This document shows positions 1 to 12,719 of a DNA stretch of 64,000 bases, piece after piece. The stretch lies in the NCBI GenBank assembly GCA_010093995.1, contig ML992502.1, forward strand, positions 923,001-987,000, written 5' to 3'. The position numbers were made by a program, and so were the translations under genes. The notes beneath the pieces are model-generated. The model was not told where the DNA came from, made no database searches, and saw only the letters and a program-made list of their open reading frames with translations. Source of the stretch: Elsinoe ampelina. Its lineage: Eukaryota. Positions within the stretch are counted from its first letter, which is position 1. The number at the start of each line of letters is the position of its first letter.

Positions 1-540
1 CTCTCGCCGCAGCGATGAGCTGATATTCTGTCCATGAGTCTTTGTGATCGTTTAATCCTCTCCAGAAAGGAGCCAGTCGTCGTTCAACCTATACTTTATG
101 AGACACAATCCTGCCTGATAAATGAGCCTACTCACTTGGAGTTGTCTGACTATCGCTTTACTGAAATCTTCCGTGCCAGTATATGTACCCAACGTCACGA
201 GATATCCGCCATCGACATGCTCCTCCTTCAGACTCCGCTCCCTGTCCTTTTCCCTAGCTATGCGCTCTTTCTCCAACCTCCTAGCTTCCCTCTCTTGTTT
301 TGTCTCTCGAGGCCGATCTTCCCTGGTGATGTCCCGCTCACTCAGACCCAGCGAGTTGAGAAAGTGAAGGTCGGGCCTACTGTTACTCCTGCCGACTCTT
401 GACGGTGTACTGCCAGAGGTATATCGAAATACGGCCGAAGGTGTTATTGTATCGATTGGCTCTGACGTGCTCACATTTCGAAGGCTACCCGGCCTGGACC
501 GCTGCTGGCCTCTTGACTCTTTGGTGGAGCTGTTGCCCAT
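1..540 (-). CDS. SIP5: Sip5-like protein (Snf1/Reg1-interacting family), 5' part; runs off the window start
   Basis: ATG at 540 (MGNSSTKE, myristoylation-like). [15 protein letters not shown], then after a GT-AG intron (89-135) [15 protein letters not shown], typical of the fungal Sip5 N-terminus. Confidence 0.85.
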
Positions 541-1665
541 GATGTGTTGGTGCGGCGCACTTAACGAAAGATGGCGGGGGTCTTGTCGAACATGCTTGGA
601 CGGAACAGGGCGGAAGTGAAGGTGGTAGTAAGTTTCGTCGTACAAGAGTGATTGACTGATTGGTGCCTGAGTTGAATAGCTTGTGTGTCGCGTGGGCGTG
701 GAAAGCTTGAGCTTAGTATATAGCAGGTCAAAGTGACGCAGGCATGGTTCAAATCAGCCCCAACACAACGCCGGCTGTGGGATGTACTCTTGTACTGCGC
801 TGAGAATAGATGGCTGACACGTGAGAATCAATGGACGTAGAGAGCTGGACCTGAGACGGCAGGGACTGTGTGAGAAAGGCGAACCGGATCACGACCGTTG
901 ACGAACCAAAGTATGGCGAGCTGGACGATAGTAGGTGGTGTATTCAAGGTTGCTCCACGTTCATTATTGAGAGCGATTGTCGGCTGCCCTGCTTTCCTGC
1001 TTCAGGTTGCTGCCACTCTGTGGCTTCGCGGCGGGTCCCACTAAATGTGGAGGCTTCCAATGCCGTTGCGCAAACCTCCGGGCCTGTCTAAGGCATTGAC
1101 GGATTTGGGTATTGCAGATTCACAGTCACACTGATCTCAGAATGTGTAGATGAATGGTCACCGCTCGCTGTCGACGATTTCTATCTTTTGCTTGAGAAAC
1201 GCTATACAGACCGCATCCGTCAGTCACATCAGGCGTGCATGTACAATCACATTTATCCGTGAGGCTCAAGCTATGGGCAATTAGGGCCAACGCCCCGGGG
1301 CAATACAATCCGTTGCAGGATGCTGCTGCCGCCAGAATCTTCATTCAGTCCCAATACCAATACCGGCATTCCCATCTATCCAATTCGATACAAAGCATGC
1401 ACAAGAAGTGACGAGCTTTTCTGATGGAATAAATCCTCCAGGTAACAAGCGCATTGATTGCGACAATGTCCAATATAACCAAGAAGAGTCTACCAAGTAC
1501 GGACAAGCGAGATGACATGCCGAGTGCCTGTCCAGGCGATAGTGATAGCGGTTGATAGGTATATGTGTTTTGTGGGTATATGATCCGCTTGGAAACAATG
1601 ATGATGATGACCATGTGTCGAGTCTCGTAGCCATGCCGTCGTGATACAGATGATTTTCATGAAGG

Positions 1666-3054
1666 TCACCGGACGGGAATATCGCTGTTCGGTGCTGCAA
1701 GATCCTCCGGCGGTGGACTGGCTGCAGGGGTGAGCAGTGCTGAGTCTGCGACCACGTCGACCTCGGGCCTTGTCGCCTTGACCTTCCTGTTCACGTAGCC
1801 AGGATCCGGGCTCGGCCATGCATAGTCGAGGTACTCAGCAAGGTGCTCCTGAATACCATCTGCCATGATTTGAATGGCATGCTTGCGGTTCAGACTCCAT
1901 TCGTGATCACGCTCCCATCTGCCGGCAAGCCGGGCAATCTCCTTACCGTTCTCGAGACCATCGAGAATTGACCTCCACACCTGTAGTGTCTTCTCCAGCT
2001 CTTTCTTGTTGGACACACCCATGACGCTGACGCCTAGCTTGCGACCTCCTACTTGCTTATTGGTCTCGGTCGTCCAAGGGATTCCTGATGCAGGATCACC
2101 GAGAGAGCCGACCGACTCAGCAGCGGTCAACCAGGACTCGAGCGCGTATCGGATAGCAATAACTTCCAATTTCTCGTCATGGCGGTCGCAGAAGTCGCTT
2201 GCGCGTCGGATAGCTTCGCGCAGGGCAGAACTAGATGGATGCCAGTCGCCCATCGAACCGACCGGGACACCCTCCCTTCTCAAGAGACCCATTCCGAGGA
2301 CCGATGCATTGGGCACGACGTCCACACCGGCGTCCTTGAGTCTTTGAATACCCGATGTTGCAAGTGTCTGGTTCTGAAGCGTGAAGTTGGCGTATGACAT
2401 GACCACATCGAGTGGCTCTCCAGTCTCGACCAAGACCCGCTTGGCCAGACTGCAGAGCACGTCGATGGGATAACCTGAGATGCCAATGTACTTGACAGTT
2501 CCCTCCTCGTCCCTGATACGCCGCAGCTCCGTTACGGCCTCCATGACCTCGTCTCCAGTGACGAACTCGACATCATGACAGTACACCACATCGAGGTAGC
2601 TTGTCCGTAGTCTTTCCAAACTCCTGTTGACACTGTAATGGACCCAGTCCCGAGAGTAGTCGAATTCGTCACTGGTTACTCGGCCGCACTTTGTGAGAAT
2701 GAAGATGTCCGATCGGGGAACGTTGTTGTGGACAAAATCGGTGTCGAGCGCCGCGCCCAGCAGCTGCTCGGATGGACCATAGTATGGGGATGTGTCGAAT
2801 GCTCGCACCCCCAGCTCAAGTGCCTCTTGAACGAGGCCGACTGTGTCTAACGCGTATGGATCTTTATTGTACTGGTGATTGAATGTGGCAGTACCAAATA
2901 TGAGCGGAGGAAGGGTAGAGGAGAGAGGAGCGGAAGGTTTGCCGGGGATCTGGCTCATTTTCGATCGGAGGGGGTTCGCGACTGTGCTGTTCTGAAGAAA
3001 CGCTTCGGATGAGGAGGGCAAGGTAGAAGAGGTCGGGTCGTTGACGGCGTCCAT
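1666..3054 (-). CDS. Aldo-keto reductase, D-arabinose 1-dehydrogenase / L-galactose dehydrogenase-like
   Basis: FDTSPYYGPSE, ILTKCGR, SLERLRTSYLDVVYCHDVEF and IGISGYP motifs of the AKR family (ARA2-like). Single exon. Confidence 0.85.
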   Translation of the reverse strand: MDAVNDPTSSTLPSSSEAFLQNSTVANPLRSKMSQIPGKPSAPLSSTLPPLIFGTATFNHQYNKDPYALDTVGLVQEALELGVRAFDTSPYYGPSEQLLGAALDTDFVHNNVPRSDIFILTKCGRVTSDEFDYSRDWVHYSVNRSLERLRTSYLDVVYCHDVEFVTGDEVMEAVTELRRIRDEEGTVKYIGISGYPIDVLCSLAKRVLVETGEPLDVVMSYANFTLQNQTLATSGIQRLKDAGVDVVPNASVLGMGLLRREGVPVGSMGDWHPSSSALREAIRRASDFCDRHDEKLEVIAIRYALESWLTAAESVGSLGDPASGIPWTTETNKQVGGRKLGVSVMGVSNKKELEKTLQVWRSILDGLENGKEIARLAGRWERDHEWSLNRKHAIQIMADGIQEHLAEYLDYAWPSPDPGYVNRKVKATRPEVDVVADSALLTPAASPPPEDLAAPNSDIPVR

Positions 3055-4604
3055 GGGATCTAGAGATAATGTGTTAAGGATGTGGTGCTGGTATCGCCCA
3101 GGTCACCTCGGCAAATGTGGACAAATGTGGTATCCAAATGCCAGGCGGCGGTCTGACTTGCGACGCGCCAGTCGGGGATCGCGGACCAACAGCGGATTAA
3201 CGCGCGGGGCAGACGAGCTGATCGATTGCAGGGTTACTTCGAAGATCAGATGTGCTGGCGATGGGTGGAAGAGGGACTGGGGCAGAGAATGAGAATGCTA
3301 GTGGTGGTGCGTTTCCGCCGTGTGAAAATAAAGTCGAGACATGCCGGTGGAGAGATCTCGGAGGCGCCCCTTGATGACGAGCGACTCATTCATCTGGAGA
3401 TAAAGATGGAATGAGCCTAGGCGAACTCTCGGACCGGAGCTAGCTCCTCGAAAAGAACTCGTTTGGAAAGGGCAGGCAGAGGTCCATGGCAAGAGCCGAT
3501 GTTCGTTGAGAATCGAATGGGTGGTGAGCTTTGGCACTTTAGCCTGCCTTGGCCGGTCATGACGCAGATGATGGAAAGCCTATGCTTGGACGCTTGACAG
3601 GTGTTGAACGTGGCAGATGGGTGGATGGAGGACCATGATTCGTCGTGGATGAACTGCTCACCGCTGAGTCTTGACCATGTCGAGATGAGCGGAAGACAGA
3701 CGTGTGTGATCGACAAGACGCAGATGCCGCAGGTCCGCAGGATTATTGCTAGGTGCAGCTGCTGCAGCTAGGATGCATCATCTCGCGCACGAACAGAAAC
3801 ACACACCCAGATCCATTACACGTAGATCACCATCTTTCCCGCCCCGTCTTTCTCCATACACGCCCAAGGGACCTTCTCATGCAGCCCGGGAAAACTCGAT
3901 CGGACGAATTGCCTCCGTCTGCGGATGAGTCTAGGCTTATCACGACATGAGCGATTTGTTGGCACTCGTCAGAAAGGCATCCTTTTGTTCCGGTATCATC
4001 CTCATGCATGTTTGATGCACAGCTGATCAGATAAGCAAATGTGGATCTTTCTTTCACGTGCTAACCTGGCCCTAGCCATCTTTCCCCAGCTCGGAGCACT
4101 CCAGCCTGATTCGTCAGAATCAACCGAAAATGATCTGCAGATTTTTAGGGACAGAAGTCCAGATGCTGCACACATCTGCATCACTTTACAATTTGTGTTT
4201 CGAGCACGAGTTCGCTGCAGGTAATATCATCCATGATGCTTGTCATTACAACGTATACATGGTACACAGATCAAGCCACGAGGCACTGCAATGACCGTAG
4301 CAGATTTCCAAGCTCCGAACAGCACTGATGTCCTGACTCGACAACAGCAGCAGGTCAACCTCAAAGACCTTTAGAGGCTCCGTTCAAGTGCCGGGAAGCT
4401 CTCGGAAATACCACCAAACCCCAACCTCACAGCCAGGAACCGCTCCAGGGATCATCTCCACGCCCTGACAGCAGGGAACGTCACAGGCTCAACAACCTCC
4501 CACGCGCATCCCACGCGAACCCAACTACGATCGTCTGCGCCCCAGCAATCTTTTGCACAAGCCACACAACGACCCCTCATGTTCCTTACCGTAGTCCTTC
4601 GGGC

Positions 4605-6650
4605 TCAAGACTGGCACTCAAACACCATTCTGTACAATCCACCGTCGATACCAGCAACTTCAAGATTGCCCTTTGCCTGGCTTTGTCCCTTCACCTCGAC
4701 TGTGACGCACGCCTCGTGCTCAACTTGTCTCGTCAAGGTCAACAATCCGTCGCAGCTCGGGTATGGGATAGCCACAGATCCTTCAGTGCCGTCCGGCGTC
4801 GAGAAGTCGGTAGATAGCCCACCATTTCCGGTTGCATTCGTCTGGGCTGCAAAATCACCAAGTGGTGTCTGGTATCCTGCATCCACCCTTTGTAGGTCAC
4901 CAAGCTGAGGTGCGACTCTCCATGTTTGGCCTGCTGCAGTCACGATCTGCAGGCCAGCTACGTAGAAGGTGAGGTACGACGTTGGTCCCGTAGCCCAACC
5001 GTGGCTGTGCGAAATGCGAGGGTCATTACTGTAAGGCGCGTACTTCAGCTCTCCATCGTTCCGGTATCCCTCGATGAAGGTACTATTGGTCATCCTAGGG
5101 TCATCGAGCATAAACCCCCACTGCAGGCGGATGAGATCCAGAGAAGCGCTCACATTGCCAGCCAGAGTATGCATCTGGATTTCGTAGCCTCCAACATACG
5201 GGCTGATAGCAGTCGATGCCTCAGGGGCAGGAGCACCATATGCCGTCCAGCGACTCCTCAATCCACTCGAGATCTGAGCCGACTGCTCCAACGACTCGGT
5301 CAGGTTAGCAATGACAGCCCAGCTGTTGCCGTCCTGCGGCATGAGCGACGTAGTCTCATTGTCACGGTACATGCCAGCCGTGGCGTTCCAGAGCAGCTCA
5401 TTGGCTCCTCGCTTGATGTAATCGCTAGCATTTCGCCATCGAGGCATGTCGACCGTATCGTTGAGTACTGCGCCCAGCTTCATCGCCGTCGATAGAGTGT
5501 AGTACAAGATCGCGTTCGCCTCGATGTTGTGCCCGCCCATACCGAAACGCAACCAATCAGCACTACCGGTGGCGTTGAACAGGCCAGTCTCGTCGATGAA
5601 GCTCAGTGAAAAATTGAGTCCGAATTTCCACTGCTCCCATTTTCCTTGAAGGTACTCTAGGTCCTGCGTATACTGGTAGTAATCATAGATGTCGATCAGG
5701 TTGTACATGTGGTAGGTCGGACTATATATCGGGCCAATGAGGAGCTGGAATGGGTCTCCAGCATAAGGCAGCTGACCAGTCGACTTGTTCTGGATGGCGA
5801 ACAACGAGTCCATGCTTTCCTTCACGGTCCCCATATCATTTGTCGACACGAACATGCTCGGTGTACTGACGATCAGGTCGCCAGGCCATACCAGCCTATC
5901 CCGCTTCGACCCATCGCTCAAGGCGGCCGAACCGTTAAAGAGCGTGTAATTGTTGTACCACGTCCAAGGTGGGACAGTATCTCCTGGCGTCGAGCTGTTC
6001 ACCTTTCCGAGGTGCACAAGACTGTTCCCGTGGTGTGGGTCGATGGTGCACATCTGATTGGTGTACGCACCAGCATACCACACCCTGTTCAAGAGCTCGT
6101 CGTCGCTGTTGAAGTAGCCTGTGTAGTTCCGCAACTGGTCCTCAGCGTAGTGCGGTGAGGCAGTGAAATGCACCGTCACTTGCTTCACCTCGGTACTACC
6201 AGTGGTGTTGTGTACCAGGGTCAGATACCGGAACCCGCCACGTTCGTGCTCTCGAGAGACAGTGTACGTTCCTGATCCGGTGGGAAAGAAGCCGATGATC
6301 TCGTCGATGCCAGCGTCTTGCGTGGCATCGCTGCCCTCGCTGGATATCCAGAGCGAGGACTCGGAGAAGGTGAAGCCGATGAACTGGTCCGCGGACGTCT
6401 CGCCAATGTCGAGGGTAACCAGGCCGGCGATGTTCTTGCCAAAGTCGTAGGTCACCGAGGACGTGTCTGTGAAAGTAGCACTACCAGGGCTGGAGGAAGC
6501 GAGAGAGTCCGCATTGGAGACTGTGCCATTGATGGCGCCAAAGGTAGAGACTGGATGTAGGGTGCGTGACGATGGCGCGAGGATGTAGGAGTCGTATTTG
6601 GCGAGAGTGCTGGCTGCGAGGCCGAGGAGAAGAGATGCTTGCTGCCACAT
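4605..6650 (-). CDS. Secreted alpha-L-rhamnosidase (GH78)
   Basis: Signal peptide MWQQASLLLGLAASTLA. DGSKRDRLVWPGD and SHSHGWATGPT motifs. Many N-glycosylation sequons. Confidence 0.88.
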   Translation of the reverse strand: MWQQASLLLGLAASTLAKYDSYILAPSSRTLHPVSTFGAINGTVSNADSLASSSPGSATFTDTSSVTYDFGKNIAGLVTLDIGETSADQFIGFTFSESSLWISSEGSDATQDAGIDEIIGFFPTGSGTYTVSREHERGGFRYLTLVHNTTGSTEVKQVTVHFTASPHYAEDQLRNYTGYFNSDDELLNRVWYAGAYTNQMCTIDPHHGNSLVHLGKVNSSTPGDTVPPWTWYNNYTLFNGSAALSDGSKRDRLVWPGDLIVSTPSMFVSTNDMGTVKESMDSLFAIQNKSTGQLPYAGDPFQLLIGPIYSPTYHMYNLIDIYDYYQYTQDLEYLQGKWEQWKFGLNFSLSFIDETGLFNATGSADWLRFGMGGHNIEANAILYYTLSTAMKLGAVLNDTVDMPRWRNASDYIKRGANELLWNATAGMYRDNETTSLMPQDGNSWAVIANLTESLEQSAQISSGLRSRWTAYGAPAPEASTAISPYVGGYEIQMHTLAGNVSASLDLIRLQWGFMLDDPRMTNSTFIEGYRNDGELKYAPYSNDPRISHSHGWATGPTSYLTFYVAGLQIVTAAGQTWRVAPQLGDLQRVDAGYQTPLGDFAAQTNATGNGGLSTDFSTPDGTEGSVAIPYPSCDGLLTLTRQVEHEACVTVEVKGQSQAKGNLEVAGIDGGLYRMVFECQS

Positions 6651-7054
6651 GTTGAAGGGCATGAAGAGCTGTAGCACGTACCTTGGAACCATACCTACCT
6701 GGAGCACTATATACCTACTGCACCTTCAGTGACGTTCCTCCTCGCTTCCCACAACATCCGGACTCTTCCCCACTACCACAACGAAGAAAACCAGTTATTG
6801 GCTTCCCTGCATCTGATAGACATGGTTCCCCAGGTTGCCACGAGGGGCAGACGAACCTTTTTGCTGCCGATCGTCCCCATGGAGAAGCTTTTGAGGGGCA
6901 GGACGTCATGGCTCGGTGCAAAGGCGCACCGAGCCTCATCACCACTTTGCTTTGCTTCACCTGCAGTACGCAAGCATTAATCGATCGGCGGCGAAAAGCT
7001 TGACGAGCTTGATCTTCCCTCGAGCAATCTCGAAACCCTCCATCACGGGCTGAC

Positions 7055-7986
7055 ATGTCCGTCGAATCCTCAAACCCATCAGAGGAGATGCACATCAACC
7101 CCTCCCGAGCGACAGAGTTAGCAGAAAACCTCTCCTCTGTCCTCCAAAAGATCCAATCCGCCAACACCAATGGCTCAACCGTAAGCGGCCCTCTCTCCCC
7201 TCCCCTCCCCTCCCTCTCCCTTTCCCCTTCCGGCCCCCGTCCTCACCCCCCCCTAAACCCCCCCCATAGATCCGCCTCATAGCCGTCTCCAAACTCAAAC
7301 CCGCGACCGACATCCTCGCCCTCCACCGCCCACCCACCTCCCACCTCGACTTCGGCGAAAACTACGCCCAAGAACTGCTCGAAAAAAGCTCGCTCCTCCC
7401 GCGCACCATCCGGTGGCACTTCATCGGCGCCCTGCAATCCAACAAATGCCGGCCGCTCGCCGAGTCGATCCCGAATTTATTCTGCGTGTCCTCGGTCGAC
7501 ACGGCGAAGAAAGCGGACCAGCTGGACAAAGGGCGGGGGACGGTCATCGAGCGGGAGGAGAAGGAAGGGAGGGAGGTGGGGAGGTTGAGGGTGCAGGTGC
7601 AGGTCAACACGTCGGGGGAGGAGGAGAAGTCTGGCGTGCAGCCCGGGAGGGAGGCGGTGGAGTTGTGCAGGCATGTCAGGGAGAAGTGCACGCGTTTGGA
7701 GCTGGTGGGGTTGATGACCATAGGGGCGATTGCGAGGAGTAAAGCCACGACGGAGGAGACGGAGAATGAGGATTTTATTTGTCTGAGGGAGACGAGGGAT
7801 GCGGTGGCGAAGGAGCTTGGAATGGCGGAGGGGGAGCTGGGGTTGAGTATGGGGATGAGCTCGGATTTTGAGGGCGCGGTTAGGCAGGGGAGTGGGGAGG
7901 TGAGGGTTGGTACGACGATATTCGGGGAGAGGCCGGCGAGGAAGGACGCGAAGGTCAAGGGGGAGGCGGAGGAGGGGGGGGAGTGA
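7055..7986 (+). CDS. Pyridoxal phosphate homeostasis protein (YggS/PROSC family)
   Basis: Exons 7055-7180 and 7270-7986 (intron GTAAGC...TAG). IRLIAVSKLKP, FGENYAQEL, WHFIGALQSNK, LSMGMSSDF and VRVGTTIFG motifs. Confidence 0.92.
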
Positions 7987-7990
7987 GTGT
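7180..7990. other. C-rich to G-rich skew-inversion domain A (switch ~7480-7500)
   Basis: Poly-C-rich intron and exon start, followed by G-dominated codons up to the stop. Confidence 0.85.
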
Positions 7991-8381
7991 TGGATTATGG
8001 ACAGGGGAGAGTGTGAGAGGCTTGGTACCTACATGAAGGATGCTCGACTTAAGACACAGGGCGAGAATGGCATCTCTGGGAGTACCAGGGGCTAAGCCCA
8101 GACGAGGCTTTATGTGAGTTGGGATGGCCACGCCAGGGCATCCATGTTGAGGGTGCCGGGCACATGGCGATCCAAGGCTTGATCAGATACGCAGGATGAG
8201 GACGGGTCAAATTAGCTACCTAACGAATTCGCGGAAACAACGAGCAGCATAGCGACCGGGTATCACACCTCAAAACTACCAGCAACCACACCCATTAATG
8301 CTGAAACCACGACTAATCATCCATACGCAGCCACCTGGTAGTACCATTCGTGCCAAAACTACCAGCTACCAGCAACCCCCT

Positions 8382-10916
8382 CTATCCTCTCAGTCCAGCC
8401 CTCCATGCCTCGTATCCACTGACCATCTCCGGGGTGATCCTTTGCACGGCATTCGTCAGAGCGAAATTGAAGTCCTCTTGGGACACCTTGAACCTATTGT
8501 CACTAGCGTCAATACCTCTCCCTCTGAGCTCGATACGCCTCTCCATGGTCTGCCCGGTCGCCTCCGTGCACATGGCCACAATCTCGGCACCAGAGAAGCC
8601 ATCTGTGTTCTTGGCTAGGAAATTGAGGTCGACATTGCTCGCCAGTGGTACTGTCGCAGTTCTGATTTTGAAAATCTCCCTGCGTGCGTCCTCATTAGGC
8701 GGGCCGATGTAGTGAAGAGCGTCGAAGCGTCCAGGCCGGAGTAATGCAGGGTCGAGAGTTTCGGGCTTGTTGGTGGCGGCGAGGACGAGGACGCCATTAA
8801 GGCTCTCAATACCATCCATCTCGTTGAGCAGGGTTGTGAGGACGTTGAGACCGCTAGATGCGGCAGCGTCACGTTCAGTAGCGATGGCGTCGATCTCGTC
8901 GAAGAAGATAATGCTGGGGGCTGCAGCACGAGCTTTGCGGAACACCTCGCGAACGGCTCGCTCGGACTCACCGACGTACATAGATGTCAGCTCTGCGCCT
9001 TTGACTGCGAGGAAGTTGAGACCGGAGGAGGTTGCGACCGCTTTGGCTGTCATGGTCTTGGAGCATCCGGGAGGACCGTATAGAAGAATACCCTTGGTCG
9101 CTGGCATGCCGAGTTCTTCCATATCGGCTTTGTACTTGAGTGGCCATTCGACAGCTCTAGTGAGGAGGCGCTTGATACTCTGCGATCCTCCGATTTGAGA
9201 CCATTGCACTTTAGGTGTCTCGAGGAACACCTCCTTCATGGCTGTGGGTCTGACTTCCAGTAGTGCTCGCTCGAAATCTTCCAGACCAAGCTCAATCTCT
9301 GCGGCTGGCTCGTGAGCAGGCGGGTCATAACTGCTGATGGTAGAAATCGAAGGACGAGCCCGGACGTGGTTGTGTATCGATGTCTGCCCGTTGACGAGTG
9401 TGGTCAGGCTGTAGCCATCTTGACTGCCTGATAGCCTTGACTCTGTCTCAAAGTGTCGCTCAATGGCGTAGTCTTGTGCTCGGCGGTAGAGTGCACGAAG
9501 GTCCTGACCGACAAATCCATGCGTCCGCTCGCCGATGTTCTCCGCCAGCTCGTCGAATTCAGGGCTATCGTCGCCAGCGGTACCAGACAAGGTGCGCAGG
9601 ATCTCAATTCTGGCATTTTGATCTGGGATAGGGATTTCCAATTCGTATTCGAGCAGGCCGGGGCGTCGCAAGTCCTTGTTGACGTCAGTAGGACTGGGAG
9701 CGGCAGCAACTACCAGAACACGGGTGCCACTGATCCTGTCGAGCTCGCTGGCCAGGAGGGAAATTGTGGTAGTACCAAATGAATCGACGTGTTGACTACC
9801 AGCAATTTCATGGATGTTGTCGAGGATTATCAGACTGGGCTGCTGAGCGAGCGCCTCGGTCACGATGTTGGTGATGAGAGTCTGGCTACGAGTAGCAGTG
9901 CCTGGTAGCATGCTGCTGTCTATCCGAAGAACCTTGCGCCATGGACACTGCGATAGCCGACGAAGGACCAAGCTCTTACCCGTGCCAGTAGGCCCCCAAA
10001 GAAGTATGCCCGCATTACTGCGAAGAGCTGAGCCAATCCGTTGGCCTCGAATGACGCCTACCAGCAGGTCCAGGCGTTTGTTAAGTGACTCTATCTGCTT
10101 ATCGAGTCCACCAATACCTTCGTTCAGGAGGCGCAGAGAGCGGATTCTGGGCGCAGGGGTGGGGCCGGCCGATTCGTCCTGCATGATCAATTCGGTGCGG
10201 TCGTTGAAGAAGTAGAGTGCGTTGCTGTCTCGGGTGGACGAATTGATGCTCTCGATCAAGAAGCGTTTCCTAAGCCCTTTCCTTGAAGTGGCTTCGAAGG
10301 CTATGCCGTTTGCAATTGCTTCTACGTTACCTGGTAGGACAATTAGCATTAGACCTCAGGGCTATTCCCAACATGCTGTATGGGTCGAAATGCATTCGCC
10401 CCCTCACTGGTAGTCGAACGACCAGGTACTACCAGAGCGATGCCACCATCTGACCACGGGAGGGAACTACACTAGAACCAAAGAGCGGGGCTGCACTCTA
10501 AGAGTCTACTCACCAAGAATGTTGCCACAGCGCCAACTCCAGTTCTCATCGTCTCTGACTTCGTCCGAAGTGTCATGATCCGATACGTCGGTAACCACAA
10601 CGCGATCGGCGTGGTAGATTTGAGCGGGTGACTTTGTGATTGTCAGCTGGTTGCCGAGCTTAAGGTTAAAGGCGTCGCGAAAGGTGTCAGTAAGCTTGAC
10701 TGGATGCGTGTTCGCCTTTGTGACAATGTCTGTTGAGCGCCAGGCGATACCAGTGCCAGTCGTGCCTTCAGCAGTGTACAAGTGGCACAGATCACCTGGT
10801 CTGATATGTAGAGCTTCGAGATCCTTGCTCGCTATGTGGACTCGGAAAGCGCCGTCCAAGGATGTCCCACGTGGTAGAGGTCGTACGGTAAAGTTGATAA
10901 GTTCTTCGGCTGCCAT
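8382..10916 (-). CDS. AFG2: AAA+ ATPase AFG2/Drg1 (SPATA5 family), 60S ribosome biogenesis
   Basis: Two AAA modules (GPTGTGKS; GPPGCSKT...IIFFDEID...LLRPGRFD). The GPPGCSKT D2 Walker A is typical of this family. Intron 10331-10513. Start taken at MAAEELINF. Confidence 0.85.
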
Positions 10917-11361
10917 GTCCACGAGAGTACTACCAGAAAGCTGTGAATGGCCCGGCGGCTGGTAAGTGGCTGTCGTCGGGCTCACAGACGTAGGTAATGA
11001 TAGTGGTGGGGATGAGTCAAGAGGATAGTTTTGCGCAGGACAGAAGAAATGGTATGAGCAATGGTGAAGCTTGCAGGTGGAGCAGCTTCACGCGAGTGCC
11101 TACCCTTTCAGATCAACCTTGAGCTCGTGTCTCAGTGGCGCTCGTTCTGTGGACCCATAGTCTACCGGTCGACCAGAAAACCATGCCTTCTTTACCGTTG
11201 GCAGGCAAACGTCTTTGATGGCTTTGGAGAAGACAAATGCCGAAGGACTTTAGCTTCTAATTTGTGATTGGTGGTGGAGGCTGACATAATCATAAACTTT
11301 CTCGAGCTTGTCAAAGCTGCGAAAGAGTCGCAAACTAACTTCTTCATGATTGAACCAATTG

Positions 11362-12716
11362 ATGCAGCATATCCTCTGTCGGGCACTAAGAGCTCGCACA
11401 GGCTACAGTCATGGACTCATTGTCCTTGAGACACAACGTCAGTACCGACACTTGTATGCGACAAGCCTAAGGCAATTCGCATCGAAGCCGACCAAGCAGA
11501 AATCCGAAGAGCTTCTGGCAAAGCTGTTTCCCGAGGAATATGCAGCGAAGAAGAATAAAGAGGAGATTGAGCGCAGGCTCCAGCAATTGAAGGGACTGGT
11601 CTCCATTGAGCGTCCGAAGAGGCAACCCAAAGTCGATAGTGCCGTCAAGCCTGCGATCGAGATCGCCAGCAAGACTGCCATCGAGCCCGCCGTCGAGCAC
11701 ACAGTCAAGCCTGTATCACAAGAGCAGGAGGACGAAGCCAACGAAAAGCCCAAGCTCGACATTGACAAGACAAGATGGGAGAAGAAGCAAGAAGTACAGG
11801 GGCCCAAAGGCTTTCTGCGATTTGAGAGCGCTAGCGTCAACTTGGTACCTGAGGACTTCTACCGATTGATGCCTCAGTCTAAGCATCTGGAGGGATGGCA
11901 CCTACGCATGGGTGCCATTGAAAAGAGTAAGTAATGAGGCTAGCATCATGTTGGTCCATGCTAATCCTTCAAGTCGTGCCTGGTCGTGATCTGGATACCC
12001 TCCAACGTACCGATCACTACTATTTGGTTTTCGAGTCTCTCCGCTCGGCGAAGGAATACCGCGACAGGGCACACCGGATCGCAGAGCTCTACGACATCTG
12101 TGGCCCATTCGCACATGTTTCGGACAAGCCTGTACCCGGAGATCTCTTGCTGCCTGGAGAGAATCCTGATCAACTAGCCAAGCTGTACACTCTGGGTCCG
12201 CACGGAAAATCCCTGGATTTACGTCTCATAAAAGCTCATCATCCGAAATACATGGAGCATGACGGAGGCTACTCCGCGATCATAAAACGTCCATGGAGAC
12301 CTCCAGCAGAAGTTATCATACGTGCCGGAATCTCTCATCTCTCTTTCCGACCATTGCGCACTGCATTCTACAAAGCTGAATTGCGCCGTAACATGCCGTG
12401 GACGGGTGATGAGTTTGGAGCATTCAAGCTGTATCTGTGGAATCCCCGATGGCTCTCAAAAAAGGCGCAGGAAGCTGGAAACAAGCCTAGCAAGGACACT
12501 AAAGATCAACCAGTGCCAACAGATGAGCGCGAAGCAGGGAAGGATGAAAACGGAGACAAGCATGGCCCAAAGCGACCACAGACGTTCTTGGTCGGGCTAC
12601 AGAGCATCGAAGATGCGGAAGCCTTTGCACGGTACTGGCATCGACGAGAGCTGTTGAACAACAGAGCAGACAGTTCCGCGCCACCAGTGATCCTGGATGC
12701 AGAGGTGCTGTGGTAG
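11362..12716 (+). CDS. Hypothetical protein, possibly mitochondrial
   Basis: Arg-rich presequence-like N-terminus. Intron 11927-11973 joins two long ORFs in frame (...IEK-IVPGRDLDTL...). Confidence 0.7.
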
Positions 12717-12719
12717 TCC

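Noticed and set aside
1341..1700. Short minus-strand ORFs downstream of the aldo-keto reductase, one with a hydrophobic stretch
   Set aside because: No recognisable family or splice structure; probably 3' UTR.
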